Shown here: piece after piece, positions 10,401 to 19,153 of the stretch | Position numbering within the stretch: position 1 is the stretch's first letter | Layout: every line of letters begins with the position of its first letter | NCBI GenBank assembly: GCA_964522405.1 | Contig: CAZFTR010000008.1 | Span: forward strand, 1-49,802 | Origin: an uncultured Gammaproteobacteria bacterium | GTDB taxonomy: Bacteria > Patescibacteriota > Patescibacteriia > Magasanikbacterales > UBA922 | Reading direction: 5' to 3' | Length of the DNA: 49,802 nt | Program-made: the position numbers and the translations under genes | Notes under the pieces: generated by a model | Seen by the model: only the letters and a program-made list of their open reading frames with translations | Databases searched by the model: none | What the model was told of the DNA's origin: nothing

Positions 10401-13400
10401 AGATTTAACCGAGTCATTGATCGGATGTACATCTACTTGTCTGCATGCAGGAACTTATCTTGAATCAAAATGGTGTGAAGATCCATTAAATATTGATTTT
10501 GTTGACAGTCCTGAATGTCAAAAGACAATAAGTGTTTGTGGAAATGGTGCTATAGAAAAGACAGAAGAGTGCGAGGTGGGTATTGGTGGCGCTACAGCAG
10601 AAACTTGCTCTACATCTTGTTTATGGCAAGATCTTTGCGAAACAGGATTGGAACAATGTGATCCTAATGATCCTCTTGACCTAAACCAACAAGGTTGTAA
10701 TGCAGATTGTACATTGGCAGGTTCTTCTGTCTTGTATAGCGCGCCTTCACTCTGTGGAGATGGAAAACTCGGAATTGGAGAGGCTCCAGCTTGTGAAAAT
10801 ATTCCATTGGTTTTCCCAGAAGGAAAAGCATTTGCCAGCAGTTCTCCTGTTCAGCTTGCAACTGCAGTTGGAGAGGGGGTAACTGATCCAGCTCTTAAGT
10901 TGCAGACCACCAAAGTAAAAGTTGAACTCTATACCAATCCTTTGATTAAGCAAGAAGCTGATTATACTCTTCAGTGTGGGTTTACAGAATTTGCAACTAT
11001 TCAGGATGGAGCTTATAACGATTGTCCGGGAAACGATAATGGGGATTGGGGAGTTGCTTCAAATTCTTGTTGTTTGGCAAGGCCACAGCGTCTAAGTGGT
11101 GATGTTTTTCATGAATATCCAAGAGATGGACAGGGATTTGGAAATGAAACAGTTTGTCTAAATTCATTGATTGAAGCACCTTTTGATAAGAAGATTGAAG
11201 ATCTAAGTCTTGATGGAAATATTGCGCTTGTAAGAGGAGAAACTGATCCAACATATCTCTGTTCAAGTGTTGAGGGTGGATATGATGTTACAGAAAAAAT
11301 CAATTCAATGCTAGGAATAATTACAGATCCGGCAGTGGAATTTGGTTTTTTTGAAAAAATTTGGAATAAAGTTAAAAATTTCTTTGTAAAATTATTTGGA
11401 GGAAATGTTTTTGCCACAACAGTACAAAATGCTCAGATTCAAAATATTAAGAAATGGTGTGCCGGAGAAATAAAATTAACTATTTCTGAAAGTACGATTG
11501 AGTCTGCCGTCTTAGATCCGGCTAATCCAGAAGAGAAAAAAGATATTAGTGCTGCCACTGCTAAAATTAATAAATTACTTGAGCCTGATTCAGTTTATGC
11601 AGTATTTTTAGAAGGAGGATTAGATGGAATAAAAAGTGTTGACGGTGTTGGTATAAAATCACCAGATCATGATATTAGAGATGATATTTGGTTGTTTAAG
11701 ACCGGAGACCAGAATAAGATTTGTAAAATTCAAGACATAGTTGTTCTTCCAGACAGTCAATTATACAATAAGCCAAATCATCAGGAAGTATTTTTTGTCA
11801 CAGCACTCAACAATTCAGAACAAAAAATTACTTCAATTCCTGGTGTTTATGAATGGAAATGGAAATGGTTACCAGACAACGCAGTTTTTGATATTCCAGA
11901 TATTGACAATAGTTCTAATATTATTACTTCCAAAGAATTGGAAGGTCATATAAATGGAATAGTTACGGCTGAAATATTGGATGATACTGATCCGGTGGGA
12001 AATCAAGCTGTTGGTACTACCTTTAGCAAGGCAATAGATCTAACTGCAAATTTCTGTGAAAATCCTTGGCCAGCATTTGTTGGAAACAGTTGGTCTCCAT
12101 GGCCAGATCCAACTGATCAGTTTAATTATTCATTTAGTTATTGTGCTGATGCTGGTAATTTTGGAGATAAAACAGATGATCTGCCGTTTTTACAAATTCC
12201 TCCGATTGATTTGGCAGGTGATATTGGTCATTGTGAGTATAACCAGAACGCATGTTTAGAAGATTCACAATGTGAAAATTTTGCAAAACTTGGTACTCAA
12301 GTTTATGAATATGGAGAATATAATAGTGGTTGCTATTTAACTCTTCCAGGGGAAGGTGAGGAGCCACATCTGGCTTTTAGCTCAGAAGGATTTAAAAATA
12401 TAAATATTGGTGGAGAAAATCTAACAATCAAGCAAGCATATGGTTGTGGCGCAGACATAGAATGTCAGGATCCTCATAGATACATGAATGATTCAGGTGA
12501 ATATAAATTTTTCATGACAGCAGTGGGGGCTCCAAATTTGACTGATGAAGAAATGATGGCAATGATTAATTCTGCAACTTGTCAGCCAATGGATAATATT
12601 GAGCCTCAACAATGTATTGGAGCAGATCCGCTGGTAACAGCAAATACTCTACTCAAAAAAGTTTTCTTTACTGATAATAATGAAGATGTAATTGGTATTC
12701 AAGTATTTGAAAACCCTGATTCAAAATCATTGCAAGAATGGTACAATGAACAGAATTTTGATCTTGCCGGTATGAGCCCGACTACAGTTGCAGGATACGA
12801 TGCTTTGACCAATGGATCTTCATATTATATTGATTTCTTAAATTACACAGAATCAGGTATTCAAAGTAAAATTGAGAGTTTTATATTTTTGATTAGTATC
12901 AATCCTGATTCTGAAGCTGAAACACAAAATGTATTTAAACAATTGGTTGATTCGTTGCAATTTAATATAAATTTAACTGAACATGGTAAATGTCTTGATC
13001 AAAATGCCGCTTCAGTTCGAATTGCTCCTGATCAAATTTCAGATATTGATTGTTCTACTGATTTTGATTGTAGAGGCTTAGATGGTGCTCCAAAAGCAGG
13101 AACCAATGGTGAATGTTCTGTTGCCAAGAGTAAATTTTTCAGAGATTTAGATCGTGTTCAAAATATTGGATTTGCCCAAAAACGTTTAAGTCAATATTTT
13201 GTAGATTCCGCGGGCCTTCCTTTGTTCAAGGGGGGTATGAAGGCAGGTACTTTTGTTCCGGGATATACAAATTCTAATTGGAATACTTCTTGGGGAATGC
13301 TTGGAGGAGAATTAAATCCAATAGGTTTACCACTTGATCCAATCAACAAATGGGTATCATGTGGAAAATGTACTGAATTAAATGATCAGGATCAGGCTCA

Positions 13401-16400
13401 ATATTGTGTTTCAGATGATCAGTGTGATGGTGATAACAATACTTGTAAACTTCTTGATCCACAAACTTGCTGGGATGAAGTTGATACTGAATTTATTTGT
13501 CCGGCATTTTCTCAAATTTATGAATATGAGTATGATTTGATGAATCAAGGTTATATTTTCCATGCTCCGCTTGAATTTTTCAATGAAAGTGATCAGATAA
13601 CTCAAGCATTTATTGACCCGGCTACTTTTACTAAAGAGCCATGGTGTGTGCAGGAAATTATAAATCCTTTTGATGATGTTTGTGGAAATGGTGTGGTTGG
13701 CGCTACAGAACAGTGTGATCCTCCGGGAAAAATAAGCTATGGAAATCAGACATCTATTGCTGAGCAAATTGGACAATGTGAAATTATAACTTCACAAGAG
13801 TGTATTAGTGGGCCGGCTGACTGTGGTTATGCATCTTTTGAGCCTGTAGGAAATACGTATTATCAGTCTTTTTCTAAAACTGTCTGCGGTCTTTTTGGTG
13901 ATTTTGGAGCACTAAACACTTATGCCCTTGATTTAGATAATTCAGAAACAGATAGTTCAATTTATGGATTAGTTTCCTGCAATTTTGGTCCTCATTGTTC
14001 AGATGCATCAAAATATCCTGAAGGGCCGATTCAATTTGGTTTAGGTGATGAAGCTGTAATTTTTAATACCAAAGAGGAATTGCAAGCATATTTAGATGAA
14101 AATCCACAGAATTGTTTGGTCTGGACATCTGGAGGGCAAGGTGCCATTGCCCAAGAATGTGTTGGTGGTGTTGTTGCAGGTTTTGAACAGTGCGCAGTCG
14201 GAGAAATAGCCACCCAAGCTTGTAATGATCAGTGTCAAATAGAATACGGACTATGTGAAGCAGCAGTAGCAGAGTGTGGAAATAGCATAGTAGAGCCGGG
14301 TGAAGCATGTGATGACGGATCACTCAATGGAACTTATGGAAATTGTGCTGGAGAAGGTAGTTTTGATCAAAATGGTGTGCCAATACCACCATGTCAGGGT
14401 CTTCATTCAGAATATTGTGGAAATGGAAAGCAAGACTGGAATGATATAAATCAAGATGGTGGTATAGATCCGGGTGAAGCACTTTATGAATTTTGTGATT
14501 GGTCAGCAGTTATAAATATCAATCCGGATCAGCCTAAATTTTATTCTGCACAAAAGGCACTATCTTGTTCTTGGAATTGTCAGGATTATGGACAGTATTG
14601 TGGAGATGGAATAGTACAAGATTTTTCAGGAGGAGAAGAATGTGATGATGGAAATTATGAAAATCTTGATGGCTGCAACCAAAATTGTAAATTGGAAAAT
14701 ATAGCCTGTAAAGCAAAAAATCCACTGTTTACTACAACCACACAACAAACTAATATTATTTTAACAGCAATTGATAGCAATCTTAATTATTCAGGAAATA
14801 TCAAAGAGTGTATTGTAGGTACTACAGGAGACCAGATTTGTGGAGCTTATGGATTGACTTGTGACAGTCTTAAAGAAATTAAATTATTAAGCCATGACCC
14901 AATTGCCTATTCTTTGGAAGGTCCAATTCTTACTCAAATAGGCGCAGATGTTTGTGAAATGGATTTGACTGGTTTTGGGCAGGCTCTGGTTCAAAAAGAA
15001 TTACTAGTTCAGTGTAATGGGGTTTATGAAGGTTCTCTAGTTGAGCCGGAATTACAAGTAGTGCCGGGTTGTGGAAATGGTCTTGTAGAGGAAGGATTGG
15101 GAGAGGCTTGTGATCTTGGTGATCAAAATGGTATTTCTTGTGATCCTGCTTATGGTGAATCATGTACCTATTGTTCAGTAGATTGTGGTGAGATTTTAAC
15201 CAAAGATTCAGGAGAATTTTGTGGAGATGGAGTGGTCAGCGGTCCGGAGATTTGTGAACAATTACCAGGCGGTTCTGTGCTTGACGCCACATCAGAAACT
15301 GTTAAAAATTATTGTGATGGTCAAGATTTAATTTGTCAGCAGGATTGTAATCCATATGATCAGAAATGGCCGCATGGAAAAGACAGTTTAAATTCTTGGG
15401 TGTGTACATCCTTCTTTGATCCTGGAATAAGAGTGAATGCTGTTTTTGCAAACGCTCCTACAGGTCCTGATAAATTATATGGATCAGTGTTAGGCGGTGA
15501 ATTTTCAGGTCAATATGTTAATTTTACTACTTTAAAAGCTTTTGAAGATTATGATGATCCACATAATGAAATTTGTAGTAAATTATTTACAGGAAACCAA
15601 AGCAGTGATTTAACTTATTTGGTAAATGAGTGTAATAGTCCTGATTCACCTTATTATGATTTTTGTGAAAATTTCAAAGACAAAATAACCAATACCAAAA
15701 CTTGTGAAGGCTGTGAGGTGGACTATGATTGGTGTATGTCCAGTAAACCTGCCCAAACTCTTACTTGCCCGGATATGGGAGAATACACTTGTTCTGATTC
15801 ATGTAATGCTATACAAAGCTCATGTGTGAGTTGTGGATTTTTCCTGGATCATCCGGATAGTTTTGTAACTATTGTAGACCCAATGCAAGATTATAGTATT
15901 ACCAGTAAGATGGCTCTAAAGCCTGTTGAATCATTTAAATTTGAATTTTTGGAAAATCAATTTGATGCTGAAGGTGGACTTTATGCAGTAGAAACAATTG
16001 CAAAGTTCAATACCAATGCTCAAGGACTTGAAGAGGTGCCAATGAGATATCATCTTGGGGTAGAAGATATTGGGCTTGAAACTGATATGCAATGTAATGG
16101 TCTATATTCAGTATTCTTCAATTCTGCAGAATTGGCTGGAAATCAGGGGATTAATTTTTCAGACACAGCTTGGTCAGCAGAAAAAGGTGATTTATTTGAA
16201 TATCCGGTAAACAATGAATTAAATCAGGTATATCATGAATATATTTACTCCAGACCGGTTCCACCGGATGTTTATCGAGTTATTATAAAATGGAATGATC
16301 AGCCATTGGAAAATGATACTAAATATATAGTGGCTAATTTATATAGCGATGAATTTCCTAATTCAGGAGAAGCTTCGATAAAAAGTTTTGTAGAGGCTGC

Positions 16401-16992
16401 GGAAAATCCAGGAGAAATCTGTAATAAAATCGAAAAAGGACTTTGGCCTGATAATTTTATTGGTGGTGAGTATTGGAATCCAAGAAGTACGGATACCGGA
16501 ACCTGTGGCTCAGGAAAAGGAATTTATATGCATCCAGTAAGACTAAGGCAGAATTATCCACAAGGTGAGCAACGTTATGATATGTCTATACAATCAGTTA
16601 CATTTGATACTAACCAGCTGGCAACAAATAAAACCGTAGCATTCTTTGTTAGCTCTCATGCCGGCAAACCGATTGCTCAGTATGCTGATTCAGATTCAAA
16701 TGTAGAAGTACTGATTTATGAATATCATGAAGGACAAGATTCATTACTCTCAGTTTATCAGCCGGTTCACCAGTTTAAATTAAAAGCAGCCCAAGAATCA
16801 AGTACAAATCCTGGTGCAAAATATTGGCATGTCTTTAATTTTGTTAATAAATCAGGAAAATTTGTAGTGGAAAATGTGCAAAAAAAGGATAATATTACTG
16901 GCGAGTTATTAGATAGTTATTGGAGTAACGGTTCAATAGAAACAAATTTCTGTGAAATAATTAACAACTTACCTAATGCAGAACCTTGCTAG
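4480..16992 (+). CDS. Giant (4170 aa) pilin-anchored Cys-rich surface protein: IPT/TIG, LamG-like, Big_5-like and CGNG..E..E.CD (Myxococcus Cys-rich/DUF4215-like) repeats
   Basis: Uninterrupted 12.5-kb ORF; VirB2-like pilin N-terminus; P.I..I.P..G.PG..VTIYG.NFG IPT motifs; FKGSIDEFAMFDSVLS LamG motif; many CG[N/D]G..E..E.CD repeats. Confidence 0.88.
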   Translation: MNKFGLKFKKTILTTLFLMIVSFSFIGFGADVLAAATDTFGLQEFGDTTELAAQDIRVTIARIINAALGLLGVLALGIILYGGFVYMTAGGQQDKIDKAKKILINGTIGLIIIMSSWAITKFVINQLEAATKPPTPPPVCDGDGIKDPKCPPDPKDPTWCIENLFLAKSITPSQEQTNMNNAVIRAVFTQEVGTPAEEVLKITTGSGEAEVDITTDFIFAFTDANDQRVLEAKYNIDANLCAEENKKPGINCLPVLPEEYHVEVQKNVVSKNGEAIELGDVCDGFQSVTKVDFEINQQVNDFVVPIMSAISIIVDGNPSTQPGVKLMAGGIYPIQVTVNDEKGVGYVHMNIAKENGTDSVTIYDGPSEGNSDQPFEFSYHLGLGLNIPALTKYIITVTAYDIDHNQSTQSSHFFVKPAFCEDPDLTPEQIKSCGSIDTCDDDNPCFKGLKCVEGQCIAFPEITGIEPQDGAPGNWVTIYGHNFGNTPGKILFASDNNNNSIYDDSEWLEASVVQCALGSASWHHSYAVVEVPNVANMSSAALFSGFDQSVSLTPSPVYKGEEAEAPFTVSFWAKMDSEDEEVQVLASGGVVEAGGGWSFHLKPGPILSMEVYDTVTHAYRRVYTTVPLGQYVHIAGVYSPDNYVALYVNGKEFFESNTNPGSLSQGGGNAVNIGKRNIPGLDSFYFKGSIDEFAMFDSVLSAEQIKSHFEAGSSEPGAYKNLILSHNPAGYWRFFDNKMLALAPAQDAFDVEVEGDVQFSQIGLFGIVSGLGESSAVKIVRSDDPELFDTSVDGYGIKPVPADDAGSKGYMSKDEYLAKYGQENGGLFTKNDIKRPGLCEVRTPNGAHAAQSDAFIIADGKTFGQTANTLEAPSNSFLNFAGLSAKINSWFDSFIEANVPVNLAAGTFPVSVVANGQFSNSVPFSILPGDLEESLPVITSIDPEENTPGSYSTVFGNHFGASTGIVFLSKNQGGDCLAPGDCYTLELAECKSPWSNTQIVIKTPDIDVQDYFMVVERGDNALQSNGLNKFAIIEGEIKPSICELDPESGPSPLPTDHDGLTLTGHSFSVDPIVYFWRSGADEENIDTWLSSEINPKPNGDPAISSKSDTLIKTHIPVDADLGIAMNSGPIKVKSSVTQELSNSVQYEVSDCRDSEEEFIGFQCCTDGAEAGMWKDDQFVCEGETREAGYVWRFSSGLIPNLPQVVEYCDAGAWGKDGVKTEFPSPVPSLLWDEGTNACLNATIAIRFSIGMDAASINSDTVQIYSCGVEDTPDCLYNAATAIPADNLSIDQFEDQSDTLLIRKGNNGFLAPNTWYRVLLKKDILSMSVDLGVGNSQKLNLEPTKKLPGNDSVAYYFDFKTGDASQFCTLKKAWVDPVEKTVGVLGHIMHPWNKTKPFYYHVYGQANQVCTILDVDGMGWDWSTDPVTKAEHTDAPDLSKGITDSRVTIEALEQAHPVPVEIKTKTSEKYAWFDFLKNASVESPFEIAANADILEIEGSKDNKNYSLKQPFTLEYSYVLLGEVANNPNWSMSSVQNVYGFIYTGIDASDGLCFEMYADQGPVSVCSGQAPVVGQQYHYVIVWDGQNLRMLDTNGELASVAFAGFAPDDGLDGNNLILGSHDPDEANPIHHVIDKFRVMYGQLLTEQEIQEMLGGVGVEIQAEPSELFINLLDPEVLTFEPNCTESCINANIVVTFNTIMASSTYKDGFTVYKCLDGAQCNNNQEQQDLYEDSEDGDDKTMKLTLKGGNLDKNTYYKVALDDNIKALERIDPPLEGKSLQPVEWVFKTKDDATPCTVNRLEINPDPFTTNLIGSQTKYIVTPFSTPNKCSSVGQALNKWDYEYTWDTEHHQVATITNFNTGFGWKSFCSPFCLPKGSVVPSDSDSDPYLCGNGVVEPGEDCDIALVADGTCKLNCTYSDDKKINLGMLGSGPVPPKTELQDLDQNAGPYCGDGIVEGPIEACDIGLTPEKATEQGKDLTESLIGCTSTCLHAGTYLESKWCEDPLNIDFVDSPECQKTISVCGNGAIEKTEECEVGIGGATAETCSTSCLWQDLCETGLEQCDPNDPLDLNQQGCNADCTLAGSSVLYSAPSLCGDGKLGIGEAPACENIPLVFPEGKAFASSSPVQLATAVGEGVTDPALKLQTTKVKVELYTNPLIKQEADYTLQCGFTEFATIQDGAYNDCPGNDNGDWGVASNSCCLARPQRLSGDVFHEYPRDGQGFGNETVCLNSLIEAPFDKKIEDLSLDGNIALVRGETDPTYLCSSVEGGYDVTEKINSMLGIITDPAVEFGFFEKIWNKVKNFFVKLFGGNVFATTVQNAQIQNIKKWCAGEIKLTISESTIESAVLDPANPEEKKDISAATAKINKLLEPDSVYAVFLEGGLDGIKSVDGVGIKSPDHDIRDDIWLFKTGDQNKICKIQDIVVLPDSQLYNKPNHQEVFFVTALNNSEQKITSIPGVYEWKWKWLPDNAVFDIPDIDNSSNIITSKELEGHINGIVTAEILDDTDPVGNQAVGTTFSKAIDLTANFCENPWPAFVGNSWSPWPDPTDQFNYSFSYCADAGNFGDKTDDLPFLQIPPIDLAGDIGHCEYNQNACLEDSQCENFAKLGTQVYEYGEYNSGCYLTLPGEGEEPHLAFSSEGFKNINIGGENLTIKQAYGCGADIECQDPHRYMNDSGEYKFFMTAVGAPNLTDEEMMAMINSATCQPMDNIEPQQCIGADPLVTANTLLKKVFFTDNNEDVIGIQVFENPDSKSLQEWYNEQNFDLAGMSPTTVAGYDALTNGSSYYIDFLNYTESGIQSKIESFIFLISINPDSEAETQNVFKQLVDSLQFNINLTEHGKCLDQNAASVRIAPDQISDIDCSTDFDCRGLDGAPKAGTNGECSVAKSKFFRDLDRVQNIGFAQKRLSQYFVDSAGLPLFKGGMKAGTFVPGYTNSNWNTSWGMLGGELNPIGLPLDPINKWVSCGKCTELNDQDQAQYCVSDDQCDGDNNTCKLLDPQTCWDEVDTEFICPAFSQIYEYEYDLMNQGYIFHAPLEFFNESDQITQAFIDPATFTKEPWCVQEIINPFDDVCGNGVVGATEQCDPPGKISYGNQTSIAEQIGQCEIITSQECISGPADCGYASFEPVGNTYYQSFSKTVCGLFGDFGALNTYALDLDNSETDSSIYGLVSCNFGPHCSDASKYPEGPIQFGLGDEAVIFNTKEELQAYLDENPQNCLVWTSGGQGAIAQECVGGVVAGFEQCAVGEIATQACNDQCQIEYGLCEAAVAECGNSIVEPGEACDDGSLNGTYGNCAGEGSFDQNGVPIPPCQGLHSEYCGNGKQDWNDINQDGGIDPGEALYEFCDWSAVININPDQPKFYSAQKALSCSWNCQDYGQYCGDGIVQDFSGGEECDDGNYENLDGCNQNCKLENIACKAKNPLFTTTTQQTNIILTAIDSNLNYSGNIKECIVGTTGDQICGAYGLTCDSLKEIKLLSHDPIAYSLEGPILTQIGADVCEMDLTGFGQALVQKELLVQCNGVYEGSLVEPELQVVPGCGNGLVEEGLGEACDLGDQNGISCDPAYGESCTYCSVDCGEILTKDSGEFCGDGVVSGPEICEQLPGGSVLDATSETVKNYCDGQDLICQQDCNPYDQKWPHGKDSLNSWVCTSFFDPGIRVNAVFANAPTGPDKLYGSVLGGEFSGQYVNFTTLKAFEDYDDPHNEICSKLFTGNQSSDLTYLVNECNSPDSPYYDFCENFKDKITNTKTCEGCEVDYDWCMSSKPAQTLTCPDMGEYTCSDSCNAIQSSCVSCGFFLDHPDSFVTIVDPMQDYSITSKMALKPVESFKFEFLENQFDAEGGLYAVETIAKFNTNAQGLEEVPMRYHLGVEDIGLETDMQCNGLYSVFFNSAELAGNQGINFSDTAWSAEKGDLFEYPVNNELNQVYHEYIYSRPVPPDVYRVIIKWNDQPLENDTKYIVANLYSDEFPNSGEASIKSFVEAAENPGEICNKIEKGLWPDNFIGGEYWNPRSTDTGTCGSGKGIYMHPVRLRQNYPQGEQRYDMSIQSVTFDTNQLATNKTVAFFVSSHAGKPIAQYADSDSNVEVLIYEYHEGQDSLLSVYQPVHQFKLKAAQESSTNPGAKYWHVFNFVNKSGKFVVENVQKKDNITGELLDSYWSNGSIETNFCEIINNLPNAEPC

Positions 16993-17052
16993 GTAGTTTA
17001 GAGCATTTTTATAGGTGTGGTATAATATAATTTAGGTATAAAATGGAAAACC

Positions 17053-18042
17053 ATGTTTAAAATTCCCAAAATAAACTTATTTATTTTGTTTCTGTTGATA
17101 GGGGTTGTTTTTTTAGTGGCAGAAGTGTCAGCAATAACTGTAGTAACAACTACGGTCGGCAACACAATTAGTTCAGGAAATAATATAATAGTTAATTCAG
17201 CTTCTGAAAATACCACGGAAGAGCGTAGATACGCAGATGTAAGAGGGGGGCAATATATGCCTGATGGTACAGGACAAGATAAGCTTTATCTAATAGATAT
17301 AGAACCTGAAGAACATACTTCATTACCTTCTGATTGGAGTTTGTTTTGGAGCGGGGTCGGAGAGAAGATTTCTCTTTTGATTACTCTTGATCCTCTCAAA
17401 GATGCTGAAAAACGAATTGAGTATGCTATGGAGCATATGCAATTGGCTCAGTTTGCTGCAGAAAATGGTGAGCAGGACAAAGCACTTGAATTGGTTAAAA
17501 GCGCAGGTCAGTTTATAGAGGATATTGATCAAAAAAAAGAAGATTGGAATAATGAAAAAATAACCATAACTCAGAAAAATATCTTACTTCACAATATCAA
17601 TGCCATGCTGCTTTTGACAAATGGTTATTCCAATTCAATCAGACGTCAATTTTCAACTCCAGAACAATCTCAATTATATAGAGAAATAACTCAACTTTTT
17701 GCTGAGCCAACACAAAATTTATTTAATATTTATTATCAAAATATCGCCTCAATTATGAGACAAGAATTTAATTTTGATTTTGTAGCAGATAGCGATAGAG
17801 ATGGGCTTTCTAATGCTGAGGAAAAACAATTGGGAACCAGTCACTTAGATTTTGATACTGATGGAGATGGTATTAGTGATAAAAAAGAAATAGAGAGATA
17901 TGGCACAGATCCAACAAGAGGAGATACTGATGGAGATGGATTTTGGGATGGGGTGGAAATTATAAATGGTTTCAATCCGCTTGGAACAGGGCAGCTTGGC
18001 GGTTTTGGAGTAACTCAACAATCAATAATAAATATACGTTAA
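17053..18042 (+). CDS. Secreted protein with helical (DUF5667-like) region and C-terminal bacterial TSP3-like Ca-binding repeats
   Basis: N-terminal signal peptide; DSDRDGLSNAEE..LGT...DFDTDGDGISD..E..YGTDP...DTDGDG. Confidence 0.75.
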   Translation: MFKIPKINLFILFLLIGVVFLVAEVSAITVVTTTVGNTISSGNNIIVNSASENTTEERRYADVRGGQYMPDGTGQDKLYLIDIEPEEHTSLPSDWSLFWSGVGEKISLLITLDPLKDAEKRIEYAMEHMQLAQFAAENGEQDKALELVKSAGQFIEDIDQKKEDWNNEKITITQKNILLHNINAMLLLTNGYSNSIRRQFSTPEQSQLYREITQLFAEPTQNLFNIYYQNIASIMRQEFNFDFVADSDRDGLSNAEEKQLGTSHLDFDTDGDGISDKKEIERYGTDPTRGDTDGDGFWDGVEIINGFNPLGTGQLGGFGVTQQSIINIR

Positions 18043-18052
18043 TAAATTTTCT

Positions 18053-19039
18053 ATGTTTGAAGATCAACAAAATGACCCAAAACAAGCTCCGGTTAATTTA
18101 CCAACTGGTGAGCCGGAAGACATTTTTGCTGGAACAGATGATGGGCCGGATTTACCAGAGCCTCCGGCTTTTGCTCCGTCCGGTACTCCTGTAGCTCCTC
18201 CACCAGCCCCTGCCGAGCCTTCAGCGCTTGGAGCAGGAGTCTTGCGTCCCAAAACAGCTGGTTCTGCTGCTATGCCGACTCCGGCGCCAGCACCTGCTAG
18301 ACCTGATCCGATAGCTTCTGAGCCTGGTTTGTCACCAATCCAACCTACTACTCCAGCTGCCCCCGCCACTCCGGGTATGGCACCTGTACCACCTGTAGCT
18401 CGAACTGCTCCGCCTGCTCAGGGACAATATCAATACCAGCCACCAACACCACCTAGAATGCCAACTGCGCCAGGTTCTATGGAGGGTCAGGCATCTGCTG
18501 ATCAATTGATAAAAAAGCCAGTGGGAAGTAGAAAATTAGTCTCTTTTATAATTGCCCTTGTGGTTATTACTATAATTGTTATTGGTGTAGCAACAGTTTA
18601 TTTTACTATTATTCGCAAGCCTGAAATTCCAACAAGTTTTGAGGGTCTGATAAAAACAACCACAGAAGAACCTGAGTTTGTTGAGCCTGAAGTAACGGAG
18701 CCTGAGGAAGTAGAACAGCCTGAGACAACCATTGTGGAAGAAAAAATACCAACTCCCGAAGAAATTGATGAGCAAATTCTTTTTGGAGAAAAAATAATTG
18801 ATACAGATAGTGATGGTTTGGATGATGTTCGTGAAAATAGTATTGGTACTGATCCTCTGAATTGGGATACTGATGGTGATGAATTAAGTGATGGTGATGA
18901 AGTGATAATTTGGAAAACAAATCCTCTCAATGTTGATACTGATGGTGATACTTATGAGGATGGGCTTGAAATAAAAAATGGTTATAGTCCTACAGGTCCG
19001 GGAAAATTATTTGAACCTCCGACTAGTACTCCTATTTAG
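18053..19039 (+). CDS. Single-pass membrane protein: Pro/Ala-rich N-terminus, TM helix, TSP3-like Ca-binding repeats
   Basis: TM LVSFIIALVVITIIVIGVATVYFTII; DTDSDGLDD..E...GTDP...DTDGDELSD..E. Confidence 0.8.
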   Translation: MFEDQQNDPKQAPVNLPTGEPEDIFAGTDDGPDLPEPPAFAPSGTPVAPPPAPAEPSALGAGVLRPKTAGSAAMPTPAPAPARPDPIASEPGLSPIQPTTPAAPATPGMAPVPPVARTAPPAQGQYQYQPPTPPRMPTAPGSMEGQASADQLIKKPVGSRKLVSFIIALVVITIIVIGVATVYFTIIRKPEIPTSFEGLIKTTTEEPEFVEPEVTEPEEVEQPETTIVEEKIPTPEEIDEQILFGEKIIDTDSDGLDDVRENSIGTDPLNWDTDGDELSDGDEVIIWKTNPLNVDTDGDTYEDGLEIKNGYSPTGPGKLFEPPTSTPI

Positions 19040-19153
19040 TCAATATTAAATTTTTTAGAGCCTGTATATAATCTTTACAGTAAAATATAAGAAAATGGCT
19101 CTTGAAAAAAAGTCATAAACAGGCTCTAAGCAACTGTTATCTTGTGGGATTTT

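Noticed and set aside
5710-15163. Short ORFs overlapping the 4170-aa gene
   Set aside because: Antisense or out-of-frame shadows with no protein-like features
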